DNA of 64,000 bases from a virus: the IMG/VR virus record IMGVR_UViG_3300021962_000028, positions 32,001 to 96,000 of that record, one strand, 5' to 3'. The notes beneath the pieces are model-generated. The model saw nothing but the letters and a program-made list of their open reading frames with translations, was not told the origin of the DNA and ran no database searches. Every line of letters starts with the position of its first letter. Within the stretch, counting starts at the first letter, position 1. Of the stretch, positions 31,029 through 40,973 are shown in pieces. A program made the translations under genes and the position numbers.

Positions 31029-32882
31029 TTATAAATATCTCTTATTTAAGAGTTTGTCTAATTCTTCAGAAATATCTCCTAAAGAATCTTGTCCTTTAGA
31101 TAAATCAATATAACTATCTTCAGTTAACATATCCTGAGATTCTAATAAAATATTAAGATTTTCTCTTTTAACTGATTCAGGAGTTATCTCAGATTCCCCT
31201 CCTGCTGGTGGGGCTTCTCCTCCTGTATCACCGCCAATTGGAGACTCTCCTCCACCTCCTAAACCTGCTGGTGGGGTAAATCCACTTTCTTCACCACCCG
31301 CAGTTTCACCTCCCGCACTTGCGGTGGTACCTGATGGACTTCCATATAATTTATCTATATTGTCGAAAATACCTGTTTTAGTTATAACTGTAGGAGTATT
31401 TTCAAGTTCTTTAGCAACCGCCTTTTCAAGTCTTTGTTGTTGTAAATCTAATCTAATATCTTCATCTGAAAAACCTAATACGTGTTTCTTAGCCCAAGAT
31501 ACTGACACAGGGGCGATACCTTCAATAGCAGTAACCGCATCTTTGTAAAGTAATATTTTTTCTTTCCACACGTCAATTTTTAACAAATCAGCTTGTGTCG
31601 ATGGATTTGATAATGTTAGAGTAAAGTTAGATAACTCGTCCTCAAATCCCAATAAGAATAAATGTATAATAGCAACTTTATTAAGTTCCGCTAACATACT
31701 TTTTTGTATTCTATTAATAGTTCGTGCAAAACGGATATCTTGTAATGATAAGTTTTTACCATCACCAACAACTTCCTCAAAACCTAAAAATGCTTTAGGT
31801 ACACGAAGTGCCGTTAATAATTTCTTTTGGATATATTCGATATCTGCAATCTCAGAAAGGTTTTGCGCTCCTGGTAATGTATCAATAGGGTTTGGTGCCG
31901 CAGGGTCACGAACAGGTACGAAGTAATCTTGGTCTACCGCCATTTGATTAAACCTCATATCAACATTACCCGTTTTATGGTCAACAACTTGGTCTCTTTT
32001 AAATTTATTTGCAACACGTTGTACATAAGCTTCAACATCCTTATCGTCCATATTACCAACAAATACCTTAAAGATTCTTCTTTCAGGTGCTCTTGATGTA
32101 CGATAGATTAACATTGCGTCTTCCGATAATAATAACTGTTTCCAAATACGTCTTGCTTTTTCTAACATAGAAGTACCATAAGGAAGTTTTCTATCATCAC
32201 CCAATAATCTAAAGTGGGCAATTTCCCAAGTATTGAATGACATATCTTTATTCTTCCAATTGAATGCAAGTGCTTTTTGCTCACCTTCGCCACTGTCTAA
32301 ATTAGATTTACCTTTCATACCTCTTTCAACCCTTTCAATCTCAATGTTAGGTAATTGCATACATCCAACAATTCCTTTCTCAGGGTCTAATTTAAGATAA
32401 ACAAAATTATCACCGTACTTACAAGTGTTTCTAGTCCACATTGCAAGGTTAGTGTTAATATCTAACACATTGTTAAATAAATCAGCCAATACTGATTTAA
32501 TACGTTTTGATTCTGAGTATATTTGTAGGATGTAACCGTTTTGGTCGGCAGTTGTAGATTCTTCGGCATAAATGTCTAACGCTGCGGAAATCTCAGGAGT
32601 ATACTCCATAGATTCGTAGTCGTAATACGACGCCAATCTTGTTGGTTCAAAATAAACTCCTTGACTGTAGAGGTTATTTTCTATTTTAGTCCACTGATTT
32701 GCAAGATAGAATGTTTGTTGGGCTTGTAATTTAGCCTTCTCATATTCTTGTGCATTTGTTGTTTTTAATAACTCTTTCTTATCGTATTTAAAAACGGGGT
32801 AATCCTGATTCATTAAAGAATTAGGACCAAAGGTCTGTGATAACCTTTGCCAAACCGTTAAATCTCTATTTTCATTACTCAT
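31029..32882 (-). CDS. Portal protein (T4 gp20-like)
   Basis: EDAMLIYRTSRAPERRIF, DTLPGAQNL, DIEY...ALRVP, DIRFARTINRIQ. Confidence 0.95.
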   Translation of the reverse strand: MSNENRDLTVWQRLSQTFGPNSLMNQDYPVFKYDKKELLKTTNAQEYEKAKLQAQQTFYLANQWTKIENNLYSQGVYFEPTRLASYYDYESMEYTPEISAALDIYAEESTTADQNGYILQIYSESKRIKSVLADLFNNVLDINTNLAMWTRNTCKYGDNFVYLKLDPEKGIVGCMQLPNIEIERVERGMKGKSNLDSGEGEQKALAFNWKNKDMSFNTWEIAHFRLLGDDRKLPYGTSMLEKARRIWKQLLLSEDAMLIYRTSRAPERRIFKVFVGNMDDKDVEAYVQRVANKFKRDQVVDHKTGNVDMRFNQMAVDQDYFVPVRDPAAPNPIDTLPGAQNLSEIADIEYIQKKLLTALRVPKAFLGFEEVVGDGKNLSLQDIRFARTINRIQKSMLAELNKVAIIHLFLLGFEDELSNFTLTLSNPSTQADLLKIDVWKEKILLYKDAVTAIEGIAPVSVSWAKKHVLGFSDEDIRLDLQQQRLEKAVAKELENTPTVITKTGIFDNIDKLYGSPSGTTASAGGETAGGEESGFTPPAGLGGGGESPIGGDTGGEAPPAGGESEITPESVKRENLNILLESQDMLTEDSYIDLSKGQDSLGDISEELDKLLNKRYL

Positions 32883-32918
32883 AATTAAAATTTAGTATAA
32901 TTTAAAAATATATAAACA

Positions 32919-34685
32919 TTATCTCGACCTACCGAACAACCATAAATATTTTTGATAGTCATTTTTAGTCGCCTCGTTAGAATAATTCTGATGGTTAGGC
33001 ATTCCTGCAGGAATTACAGGATTAAACGACACCTGTCTACCAATTTCCTCATTATTATTTACCGTCCAAGAACTTAACATTGCTTTAGTCTGTTCTGTTA
33101 CTTTGGTCAGCTGATTAAATGAATTCTCACCAACATATGTTGCCATAGCAATTGCCATAATCAAATCATCGTGATGACCTTTTTGGTGGTCTGGTCTTCC
33201 GTTTATATATACAAAGGTATTCATCTCATTAAAGAGTCTATTACTATAGATTTTAAATCCGTGTCTCATAGATTCTTCAAATGAAGAAATTATTTGAACC
33301 CTCTTGTTATTAAAGTTTAACCCTGGAATCTTATCTAAAGCTTTAGGGTCGTATTTCCATTTATTACCCATTTCAACTCCATCAATATACAAGTTCTTAT
33401 AATTCATCTCCTGTAATTTTCGAGCAGTTGAAACCCCCATACCTCCTGTGATATCAATAACCACAAACGCACTATACATCATCGCCCATTTATAAGCAAT
33501 CTCTGCAGCTACGTCAGGTGGGATTTTACCTATGTATTCTAATACTTGTTCTCTTTCGTCAAAATCAATAATAATCATTGAAGTAAAGTCTTCAGAATCT
33601 CCTCTTGATACGTCAACACCCATAATATATTTATGACCTTCAACAGGTTCTTTCCACATCCATAATGCACCTCCCATCATTCTATTGGTAGGTTCTTTTA
33701 ACATATTTTGATGAATATCTTGTAATTGTTTTGAATCAAATACGTTATCACCAGAACCTAAGAAGTTACACTCTAACTCCTGAGACACTTTACGTTTATC
33801 GTATTTTAATTTTTTAACCATACCCTCAAACCAACTTGATGTAGGTTTATATCCGTCGGCAAGTTTTTGTTTGATTTCTTCAAAATCTCTTAATCTAGGG
33901 TCTATGGATGAATAATCGATAGTATCAATCTCCTTATATTCATCTCGATTTAAATAAAAGTGAATTAAGTCTTCAACTTTTAGTAATTTTAAATCTTTAG
34001 TGTATCTTGGGTCTTTAAACCAATACATCTCTGAGATTTTGAATTCATTCATACCTCGTAATGCTTGGTCATATATTTCATAGTAGATTGGGTCATAACC
34101 GTTAGGTGTTGATACCACAATCACTTTACCCCCTGTTGAAAGGGATGCCATACAAGCCGCCCAAAAATCTCCATCGGCTTCAATATATGCAGCTTCGTCA
34201 AATACAAGAATTGTTGGAGTATAACCCCTTAACGCATCTCGTGATGTTGCAACCGCCTTAACTTCACATCCGTTAGTTAACTTATAGTGTCTTTGTGAAT
34301 TTTTTTCACTTGAAAACCCTACACCTGTCCAATTAGGCCATTGTTCAGTAAAACCTCTAATCTTATTTGCCATCTCAACCGCAGTATCCAATTTGTTGGC
34401 GATGATTAGAATTTTTTCAGGTTTTTTCTTAGACGCAAATACTAAACGTTTTGACGCCCAAGCTGCGGTAACTGTAGATACTCCAGCTTGTCGGTATTTT
34501 AACGCAATATTTTCATTGTAATTCTCGTAATCCTCCAATAAGGTTACTTGGTCAGGAAATAATTCCAAAGGGACATACTGAGATACAGTATTGTCATAGG
34601 TCTGTAAATAAGTTTTAAGTGCGTAAGGAGTATTCTTTACGCACTTAGTATATTCTAATATTAATTGTTCTTTAGTAAAAGCCAT
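32919..34685 (-). CDS. Terminase large subunit (T4 gp17-like)
   Basis: KYRQAGVST, LVFDEAAY, VSTPNG, GVDVSRG, HDDLIMA. Confidence 0.95.
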   Translation of the reverse strand: MAFTKEQLILEYTKCVKNTPYALKTYLQTYDNTVSQYVPLELFPDQVTLLEDYENYNENIALKYRQAGVSTVTAAWASKRLVFASKKKPEKILIIANKLDTAVEMANKIRGFTEQWPNWTGVGFSSEKNSQRHYKLTNGCEVKAVATSRDALRGYTPTILVFDEAAYIEADGDFWAACMASLSTGGKVIVVSTPNGYDPIYYEIYDQALRGMNEFKISEMYWFKDPRYTKDLKLLKVEDLIHFYLNRDEYKEIDTIDYSSIDPRLRDFEEIKQKLADGYKPTSSWFEGMVKKLKYDKRKVSQELECNFLGSGDNVFDSKQLQDIHQNMLKEPTNRMMGGALWMWKEPVEGHKYIMGVDVSRGDSEDFTSMIIIDFDEREQVLEYIGKIPPDVAAEIAYKWAMMYSAFVVIDITGGMGVSTARKLQEMNYKNLYIDGVEMGNKWKYDPKALDKIPGLNFNNKRVQIISSFEESMRHGFKIYSNRLFNEMNTFVYINGRPDHQKGHHDDLIMAIAMATYVGENSFNQLTKVTEQTKAMLSSWTVNNNEEIGRQVSFNPVIPAGMPNHQNYSNEATKNDYQKYLWLFGRSR

Positions 34686-34688
34686 AAA

Positions 34689-35975
34689 TTACTTAGGTCT
34701 TGAGATACCCAAGCCACCTAAGAAATCATCTAAACCGTCATCGTCATCGTCATCATCGTAGTCATCTTCATAACTTCCTAATGAATCTTCTAAATCACGT
34801 TTTTTCAAATCAGTAATAATATCTTTAACCATATCTTGTAAGAATTTCTCACCTTTAGGGTCTCCAGATAATATTTGTTTCGCAACTTCAAAAAACTGTT
34901 TTGTGTCTAACGCTGAAAATCTAGCGAACAGGTAGTGTTGGATATGTTTTTTATCTTCATCAAAGACTTCCATAGGATATGATTGAGAGAATTTCTCCCA
35001 AATAACAGGTCCCAATCTTAAGTCCCAAATCTCGTTAGGTAGAGTATCTGTACTTCCCATAATCATTTGTTGTGATTTAGGGTCATCTGGTAATCCGTGA
35101 GTACCAAAAACCTCCATAACTCCTTTAATAAGTTCGTGAATTAAAACAGGGAAAAATAATCCTCTCGCTTTAATTGTTGGTGGGTCAGTAGTATCGTCAA
35201 CTTCTTCTTTACCAGCCATACTTGACGGATTACCCGCCATCATTTGTACGGCTTCGTCAGGCATTAACCAATAAACTAAATCATTAATCGACATCAATAC
35301 CCCGTATAAGTTTAATAATTGAGGGTCAATTCTATTTAACTCAGCTCTAACCAATTCAAACATATAATGTCCTTTTTTAGAAGAACCTTGAATTAACGCA
35401 TTAATGAATCTACGTTTAGCCTTTTCTAAGTCAAACTTTTCCATTGCAGTCATAAAATCGTCTAAATCTTCTTCAGCATCTTGACTACCAAATTGTTGTT
35501 CAATCTCTTCTTCTTCTGGTTCCTCACCTTGTTGTTGGAATCTACTTTGGTCAATACCCCCCATACCAACTAGTTTGGCGTCAAATTGGAAAGACCCGTC
35601 AGGAATTCCCATTTCTTTGATAACTAAATCGACCGCTAATTTCTCAAGATATTCTTTATTTTGAGACTCAATTTGCATAACTCTTTGAACCGCACCCATT
35701 AGGGCTCTTTGTAGTTGCATAAAAGCGTTTTGTCCTGATATGTCTTCCATACCCGTATAACGTTTTACTCGTTCAACAACATCTTTAAATCTTTTAGATG
35801 CAACCAATTCTTCAAAGTTATCAGGAACACCGTTCTTATCCACATCAGGGAACGCGGGGTTTTTTGATAAACTTGTTGTTTGAGTTCTAAGTTTATTCTC
35901 CAAGTCAGGATTCATTCTTTCTCGTCCTTGACCGTAATCTATAGCTTCTTTAGCGTCTAATTTAAACTTTGCCAT
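34689..35975 (-). CDS. Hypothetical protein
   Basis: 428-aa ORF containing an HELIKG motif. Confidence 0.75.
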   Translation of the reverse strand: MAKFKLDAKEAIDYGQGRERMNPDLENKLRTQTTSLSKNPAFPDVDKNGVPDNFEELVASKRFKDVVERVKRYTGMEDISGQNAFMQLQRALMGAVQRVMQIESQNKEYLEKLAVDLVIKEMGIPDGSFQFDAKLVGMGGIDQSRFQQQGEEPEEEEIEQQFGSQDAEEDLDDFMTAMEKFDLEKAKRRFINALIQGSSKKGHYMFELVRAELNRIDPQLLNLYGVLMSINDLVYWLMPDEAVQMMAGNPSSMAGKEEVDDTTDPPTIKARGLFFPVLIHELIKGVMEVFGTHGLPDDPKSQQMIMGSTDTLPNEIWDLRLGPVIWEKFSQSYPMEVFDEDKKHIQHYLFARFSALDTKQFFEVAKQILSGDPKGEKFLQDMVKDIITDLKKRDLEDSLGSYEDDYDDDDDDDGLDDFLGGLGISRPK

Positions 35976-36880
35976 TATTTTTTTAATTTAATTCCGATAG
36001 TATCAAATGACATCCAAGACGGTAACTCTTTGTTAGTTCTCGCCTTAGGAGCTGGTGATGTTTTTGGTTTATAAGGACTATCCTTATCTGGTTTTGGTGG
36101 AGTTTTAATTCCAGGTTTTGTTGTTGGTTTAGTCGGAGCGGGAGCGTTCGCAACCATTGATTCTTTAGTCTCCGATTTTCTTGCTTTAGGAGCTGGTGAT
36201 GTTTTTGGTTTGTAAGGACTATCCTTATCAGGTTTTGACGGGGTTTTAACAGGAGTCTTCACAGGAGCCTCTTTAGTATTATTTTCCGTAACATCAATAG
36301 ACCCTAAAGTACCAATTGGTTTGTTAAGTGTTTTTTTTGTAATTAGATTCATTAAATCTCCTTTTTTCATTTTTGCATTTGAGTGTTTCTCAAGCAAATA
36401 TAGGATTTTATTTTCTAAAATCACAGAAGTAATATCTTTTCCCTCATTCATAGATTGTTTGATGGCTTTAACACATCTTTCATATTTGTTATTCTGTTTT
36501 GAATTCCACATATGTCTTTCAGTTGTACCAAATTCATTACCTAATTGAGAAGTACAAATTGCGAATGGATTAATCTTTTTAGTTTTTTTCTTTTTACCTT
36601 CAGACATTTCACCTTCATTGGTAACATCCATACTACCATCAGCATTCATTTTAACCGCTCTACCTCCTGGTAATGCCTTACCTTTACTCTTAGCATCTTG
36701 AACTTCGCTAGCCGAATATTTAGTGATACTAGTTTGTATTGTTTGAGCTTCTTTAGTTTCTTTCTTTTTACCTTCTACAAGGTTTCTATGTAATGTGTCA
36801 ATTTCTGACTCACTTAAAGTCATTAAGGTTTTTGGACTAAAACCAAAATCTACTAATTTTGAGTATTTGTTAGTTTTCAT
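35975..36880 (-). CDS. Hypothetical Pro/Lys-rich protein
   Basis: 301 aa with duplicated KPDKDSPYKPKTSPAPKAR. Confidence 0.75.
   Translation of the reverse strand: MKTNKYSKLVDFGFSPKTLMTLSESEIDTLHRNLVEGKKKETKEAQTIQTSITKYSASEVQDAKSKGKALPGGRAVKMNADGSMDVTNEGEMSEGKKKKTKKINPFAICTSQLGNEFGTTERHMWNSKQNNKYERCVKAIKQSMNEGKDITSVILENKILYLLEKHSNAKMKKGDLMNLITKKTLNKPIGTLGSIDVTENNTKEAPVKTPVKTPSKPDKDSPYKPKTSPAPKARKSETKESMVANAPAPTKPTTKPGIKTPPKPDKDSPYKPKTSPAPKARTNKELPSWMSFDTIGIKLKK
36039..36237 (-). repeat. Two-copy intragenic direct repeat (~57 nt)
   Basis: ggagctggtgatgtttttggttt(a/g)taaggactatccttatc occurs twice. Confidence 0.85.
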
Positions 36881-37280
36881 ATACTACTTTTTTTTCAAAT
36901 TCAAGAACGACATCTCGTTCGTATAATTTATTTTTAACCTCTTGTTCGGTTTCACCAAAATTAAATACTAATCGTTTAGTAACTGTAAAATCAGTATTTT
37001 CATTTTCTTTCTCCCAACCTAAGGCAATCACCCCATCCATACAATCCATAAAACTAAAAAAATCAGAGTTCTGTATTAATTCTAACTCTATTGAGGTATT
37101 TTTCAGTACTCCGACTTTTTTTATATAATCAAGTTCAGGTGGTTTAGGGTAACCGTTGGAAGGTTTTGCCTCCCAACTTTCATCCCAAATATCAGTTTTA
37201 TCTTCAGAAAAAATAAACTCATACATATTATCCCCTTTATAGTTAGGACCTAACCCATTTATAAAGACTAAATAACTCAT
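36870..37280 (-). CDS. Hypothetical protein
   Basis: 136-aa ORF. Confidence 0.75.
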   Translation of the reverse strand: MSYLVFINGLGPNYKGDNMYEFIFSEDKTDIWDESWEAKPSNGYPKPPELDYIKKVGVLKNTSIELELIQNSDFFSFMDCMDGVIALGWEKENENTDFTVTKRLVFNFGETEQEVKNKLYERDVVLEFEKKVVYEN

Positions 37281-38662
37281 ATAAGACTACCTTTAGGTGA
37301 TATTTTATATTGTTTATAACCTAATTCAAATACTAAGTTTTTCTTATTTGTTTTACCAACAAGTTTAGCGTTAACATTTTCTTTTAGGAATTTTTTAGCA
37401 CTAACCTCTTGTTGTATTGATTCAGATAGTCTTTTGATTTCACCATTTAATTCAGACAAAGTAATTTTAGTTTTTACTTTTCTTTCTTCATTAATTGTTT
37501 TGTTAAATTTCTTTTCACTTTCAGTTATAGTAAAATATTTCATTAACGTATCTTCAATTTTAGATTCGAACATTGAACTAGCGATACTATCTAAATGTTT
37601 AGAATCTTCACTCATCTCACCACCGTCAGAACCAAATCTTGCACCTGTTGCTTTTAATGCCGTTGTTTGTGCAATATCATTACCTAAGTCAGCCCAAGCG
37701 TTTTCTTCACTCATTTCTCCAAAACCAATAGGTTCTTCATCACCAGGAATTGGTTGTTCCTCGTCAAAATTATCTTCGTCATTTTCTTCGTCATCATTAC
37801 CAAATTTTTCTTCAGGATTGAATTCTTCTTCCGCACCTTCTAATTTGTTAACAATATCTTCCATATCGTCTTCATCTAATTTTTCCAAATCTAACGCAGA
37901 CAATATTGAATTAATAACGTACTTAATGTCTTTTGATGACATAGATTCTTCTTCATCTTCAGAAGAATTTAACGTTCTTAATTTTTGACCTAATTTACCT
38001 GTAAGTTTTTGTATTGTTTTGAATGTTACAACCTCGTCATTTTCTTCATTACCTTCCATATCATCCGTTCCCATATCGTCAGTTCCCATATCGTCAGTTC
38101 CCATATCATCCGTTCCCATATCACCTGTTGGTGATGGGGGTGGTGGTGGAACATCTCCCATATCATCTGTTGGAGCAGGAGGTGGAGGTGGGACATCCCC
38201 TAAAGGAGCCGCGGGTGGAGCTGGTGGTGGAGGTGGTACATTTTCTACCTCGTCGGTAGGGTTAGAATTTTTTTTTTCTGATTTCGGAGTTTTTAATGTA
38301 AATCTTTTTTGTTCCGAAAACAATGATGTACCTTCATCATTACCATATAATTCATTCATTTCTTTAGCCATTAAATTTAATCTTTTTAACGCTTGAGAAT
38401 ATGAATCATAATATTTTCTTTCTCTCATAGGTGCGATATAATCGACCTCTGATTCTGAAATAGTTTGTTTAATAATATAACCTGTCTTTTCTCTAACAAT
38501 TTGGTATTCATTACCGTCAGCAAGTTGAAGGCTATATTCGTTTTTAGACGTTTCATTAATTCGGGATGGGGTACTCTCGTTAAATCTTGCGATTTCAAGA
38601 ATCCTTTGTATTTTTTCCATACCTTGAAGTTTTTCACTTCCTATTGGTTTTAAATCTGCCAT
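37277..38662 (-). CDS. Acidic/Pro-rich protein, probable prohead core or internal protein
   Basis: 461 aa, poly-Pro, GTDDM repeats, many (I/L)xE sites. Confidence 0.7.
   Translation of the reverse strand: MADLKPIGSEKLQGMEKIQRILEIARFNESTPSRINETSKNEYSLQLADGNEYQIVREKTGYIIKQTISESEVDYIAPMRERKYYDSYSQALKRLNLMAKEMNELYGNDEGTSLFSEQKRFTLKTPKSEKKNSNPTDEVENVPPPPPAPPAAPLGDVPPPPPAPTDDMGDVPPPPPSPTGDMGTDDMGTDDMGTDDMGTDDMEGNEENDEVVTFKTIQKLTGKLGQKLRTLNSSEDEEESMSSKDIKYVINSILSALDLEKLDEDDMEDIVNKLEGAEEEFNPEEKFGNDDEENDEDNFDEEQPIPGDEEPIGFGEMSEENAWADLGNDIAQTTALKATGARFGSDGGEMSEDSKHLDSIASSMFESKIEDTLMKYFTITESEKKFNKTINEERKVKTKITLSELNGEIKRLSESIQQEVSAKKFLKENVNAKLVGKTNKKNLVFELGYKQYKISPKGSLI
38056..38122 (-). repeat. Coding 15-nt tandem repeat (GTDDM x4)
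   Basis: ccatatc(a/g)tc(c/a)gttc repeated four times. Confidence 0.9.
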
Positions 38663-38692
38663 TTTATTTTTATTTTAACTTTTTTTAATTTA

Positions 38693-38875
38693 TTAACTGT
38701 TTAACCCATTAGGTCCTCCTAATGTAACCATTTGTAATTGTACAACCGCATCACCAGCACCATTAGTGTATGTTGGATGTGGGGTGTCAACGTAAGTTGC
38801 AGTAGTCCCTTGGTCAGTGTCGCACACTACACAAATTTCGGACGTAAATGTTCCAGCGCTATATGTTGTTGCCAT
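38693..38875 (-). CDS. Small hypothetical (virion?) protein
   Basis: 60-aa ORF with TATTTATA upstream (38890-38897). Confidence 0.65.
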   Translation of the reverse strand: MATTYSAGTFTSEICVVCDTDQGTTATYVDTPHPTYTNGAGDAVVQLQMVTLGGPNGLNS

Positions 38876-38911
38876 AGTATTTTTTTATCTATAAATATAT
38901 CAAACTAACCA

Positions 38912-39697
38912 TTATTTCAAAGATTTGTTAATCTTCTCTTGTAATGATAGTCTTTCATCTGTTAGTTTATTTTCAAAATCATAAAGTTTTTCAATATACC
39001 CATTTCGTCTTAGTACCTTAAATACCAAGTTTTCGTTAGAATATTCTCCACCCTTTTCTAAACCACACTGTCTAAATTTCTTTATTTTTTCTTTATATTT
39101 TTTGATTAATTCTTTAGCATCCTCTAGTTCTTCATCTCCAGCGTTTTCAATTACACCGTCAATTATTTCCATCCATTGTTCTGATTTATGTTTAATCTCA
39201 TCAATGTTAATACTAACGTCTTCTTTTTTTGGTTTCTTAATCCACTCATCGAATAATACAGAATAAACCCCCGTACTTTCGTGAGGTTCCTTTTCATCTT
39301 GAGCATACAACTCAACTTCATATTTTTTTATAGTAATGTCGTGAGTGTTGTTGAACAACATTTTTTTAAGATTAAAAAGTTTTTGATATAACTCAACTGA
39401 TTCTTTTGGGAATTGGTCAAAGTCGATTAATAAGTGTAAATCAAAGTCTGAAAATTTTGACCAATTATAATTTGATAGTGACCCTGTTAGAATTATATCA
39501 CCAACAAATACTGGAACGTCTAAGAACTCTATAAATTCATAAGCTATCTCAAGTAGTCTTTCTCTAATTTCAGGTTTCATAGTTTCAACCTGTCCTTTAG
39601 GGTCGGACATAAATCTTTCGTTGGGTAATACCCAAACATCAGGATTTAATTCATCCTGCAATAAAAAACTTTTTAAAATTTCAGATTGTTGTCCCAT
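38912..39697 (-). CDS. Pol-beta superfamily nucleotidyltransferase
   Basis: LTGSLSNYNWSKFSDFDLH (GS...DxD) and VELY. Confidence 0.75.
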   Translation of the reverse strand: MGQQSEILKSFLLQDELNPDVWVLPNERFMSDPKGQVETMKPEIRERLLEIAYEFIEFLDVPVFVGDIILTGSLSNYNWSKFSDFDLHLLIDFDQFPKESVELYQKLFNLKKMLFNNTHDITIKKYEVELYAQDEKEPHESTGVYSVLFDEWIKKPKKEDVSINIDEIKHKSEQWMEIIDGVIENAGDEELEDAKELIKKYKEKIKKFRQCGLEKGGEYSNENLVFKVLRRNGYIEKLYDFENKLTDERLSLQEKINKSLK

Positions 39698-39727
39698 TAT
39701 ACATAAATACTTAAAAAGTTAACTTTG

Positions 39728-39982
39728 TTAAACCTTTTTGTATTTATGTACCTTAGAAATGTTTGTATTGAAAAACTTACCCTGTGATTCAGCCATTCTA
39801 AACTGAGTATAAGTTTTATGAGTAACGTCATCGTACTCATATTTAGTTCCATTTTTAAACTCAACAACAAGTTTACTTGTTTCAGTATCATACTCGGTTT
39901 TAACCAAATTTGTTGAGTCTATTTCGTTAATAATTTTAGTACCTAATATCGTTTCTTTTTTGATTCCCATATCATTAATCAT
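39728..39982 (-). CDS. KTSC-domain protein
   Basis: STNLVKTEYD...LVVEFKNGTKYEYDDV...AESQGKFFNTNI. Confidence 0.9.
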   Translation of the reverse strand: MINDMGIKKETILGTKIINEIDSTNLVKTEYDTETSKLVVEFKNGTKYEYDDVTHKTYTQFRMAESQGKFFNTNISKVHKYKKV

Positions 39983-40280
39983 TTGGATTATTTAGTGGAG
40001 TTTCTTCATCAATGTGTTTCATCTCTTTCTTAAGATAATCAATAAACTCATTATGGTCAATATCAAAATACATCCTAACCTCATTAAATAACCTTTTATG
40101 TTCACTACTAAAGTCTTGATAATATTTCATAATATCTTGTGGATAATATGGAGGTTTAACTAAGTCTTCTTCGGACCATCCTTCTCGTTTAAAACAATGA
40201 CGTAATTTACGATAAATTTTTTGTAACTGACTATCAGCGTCAAGTTGTTTTATATATTTCTCAAAAGGTCTCATAGACAT
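39975..40280 (-). CDS. Hypothetical protein
   Basis: 101-aa ORF. Confidence 0.65.
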   Translation of the reverse strand: MSMRPFEKYIKQLDADSQLQKIYRKLRHCFKREGWSEEDLVKPPYYPQDIMKYYQDFSSEHKRLFNEVRMYFDIDHNEFIDYLKKEMKHIDEETPLNNPND

Positions 40281-40295
40281 AAATATATTAAAAAT

Positions 40296-40326
40296 AAAAA
40301 ACCCCCATTGATTGGGGGTTTGTTTT
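40296..40326 (-). terminator. Intrinsic terminator
   Basis: AAACCCCCA-TTGAT-TGGGGGTTT hairpin. Confidence 0.75.
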
Positions 40327-40771
40327 ATGACTTTAGTTTTTTCAACATATCTCTCAATTCAATCGACTTTTCAAAATCTTGGTCGTTTATAGATTTTTTA
40401 AGTTCTAGTTCTAATTTAGAAATCTCTTCTTGATTAGACTCGTATTTTTTAATTTGGTCTCTAAGTTTAACCGCTTCTTCAAATTTTTCAGATTCAACTG
40501 CAGATTTAAGTTTTCTTTTTAAATCATTAATTACTGAATCGTCGTTTGATTTTACATTTCTACTACCACCCGTTCTAATAAAACTTGTGACGTGTACAGA
40601 ACCATCATCAGAAATAAAAGTCTCTTTTGTCCAATTACCTAATTCGTCGGTTCCCTTCTCAACCTCACTTTTATTTGGTAGACCACCAAAAATTGAATCG
40701 AATTGACTAAACATTGAGTCGAATTCGTTAAATAAGTCATTAAAATTGTTTTTTCTTCTTCCGAAAATCAT
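40325..40771 (-). CDS. Tandem UvrB/UvrC (UVR) motif protein, candidate ClpC adaptor
   Basis: LKSAVESEKFEEAVKLRDQI and LKKSINDQDFEKSIELRDML. Confidence 0.8.
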   Translation of the reverse strand: MIFGRRKNNFNDLFNEFDSMFSQFDSIFGGLPNKSEVEKGTDELGNWTKETFISDDGSVHVTSFIRTGGSRNVKSNDDSVINDLKRKLKSAVESEKFEEAVKLRDQIKKYESNQEEISKLELELKKSINDQDFEKSIELRDMLKKLKS

Positions 40772-40878
40772 AGTTTTAAAATTTTGTTTTAAATTTATTT
40801 TTTATTTTCAATTATTCTATCTAAATTTGTACCGTAACAATAATAAAAGAAATATTGTCATAAGTCAATACCCTTATG

Positions 40879-40922
40879 TGACACAATGTCATATATAAAT
40901 ATTATCACCTGACATTATGTCA
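40879..40922. promoter_or_regulatory. Two palindromic TGACA-N3-TGTCA sites (putative operators)
   Basis: TGACACAATGTCA at 40879-40891 and TGACATTATGTCA at 40910-40922, next to a TACCTTTG -7 box. Confidence 0.6.
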
Positions 40923-40973
40923 ATATTGGATTTTTAGAATAATTTTTGTACCTTTGTAAAAAAATAAAATAAT

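Noticed and set aside
25041-34685. Introns, inteins or homing endonucleases in head and packaging genes
   Set aside because: ORFs are continuous, with no intein termini or LAGLIDADG/HNH/GIY-YIG motifs.
38056-38122. Short tandem repeats as a possible CRISPR array
   Set aside because: 15-nt in-frame coding repeats without unique spacers; no cas genes seen.
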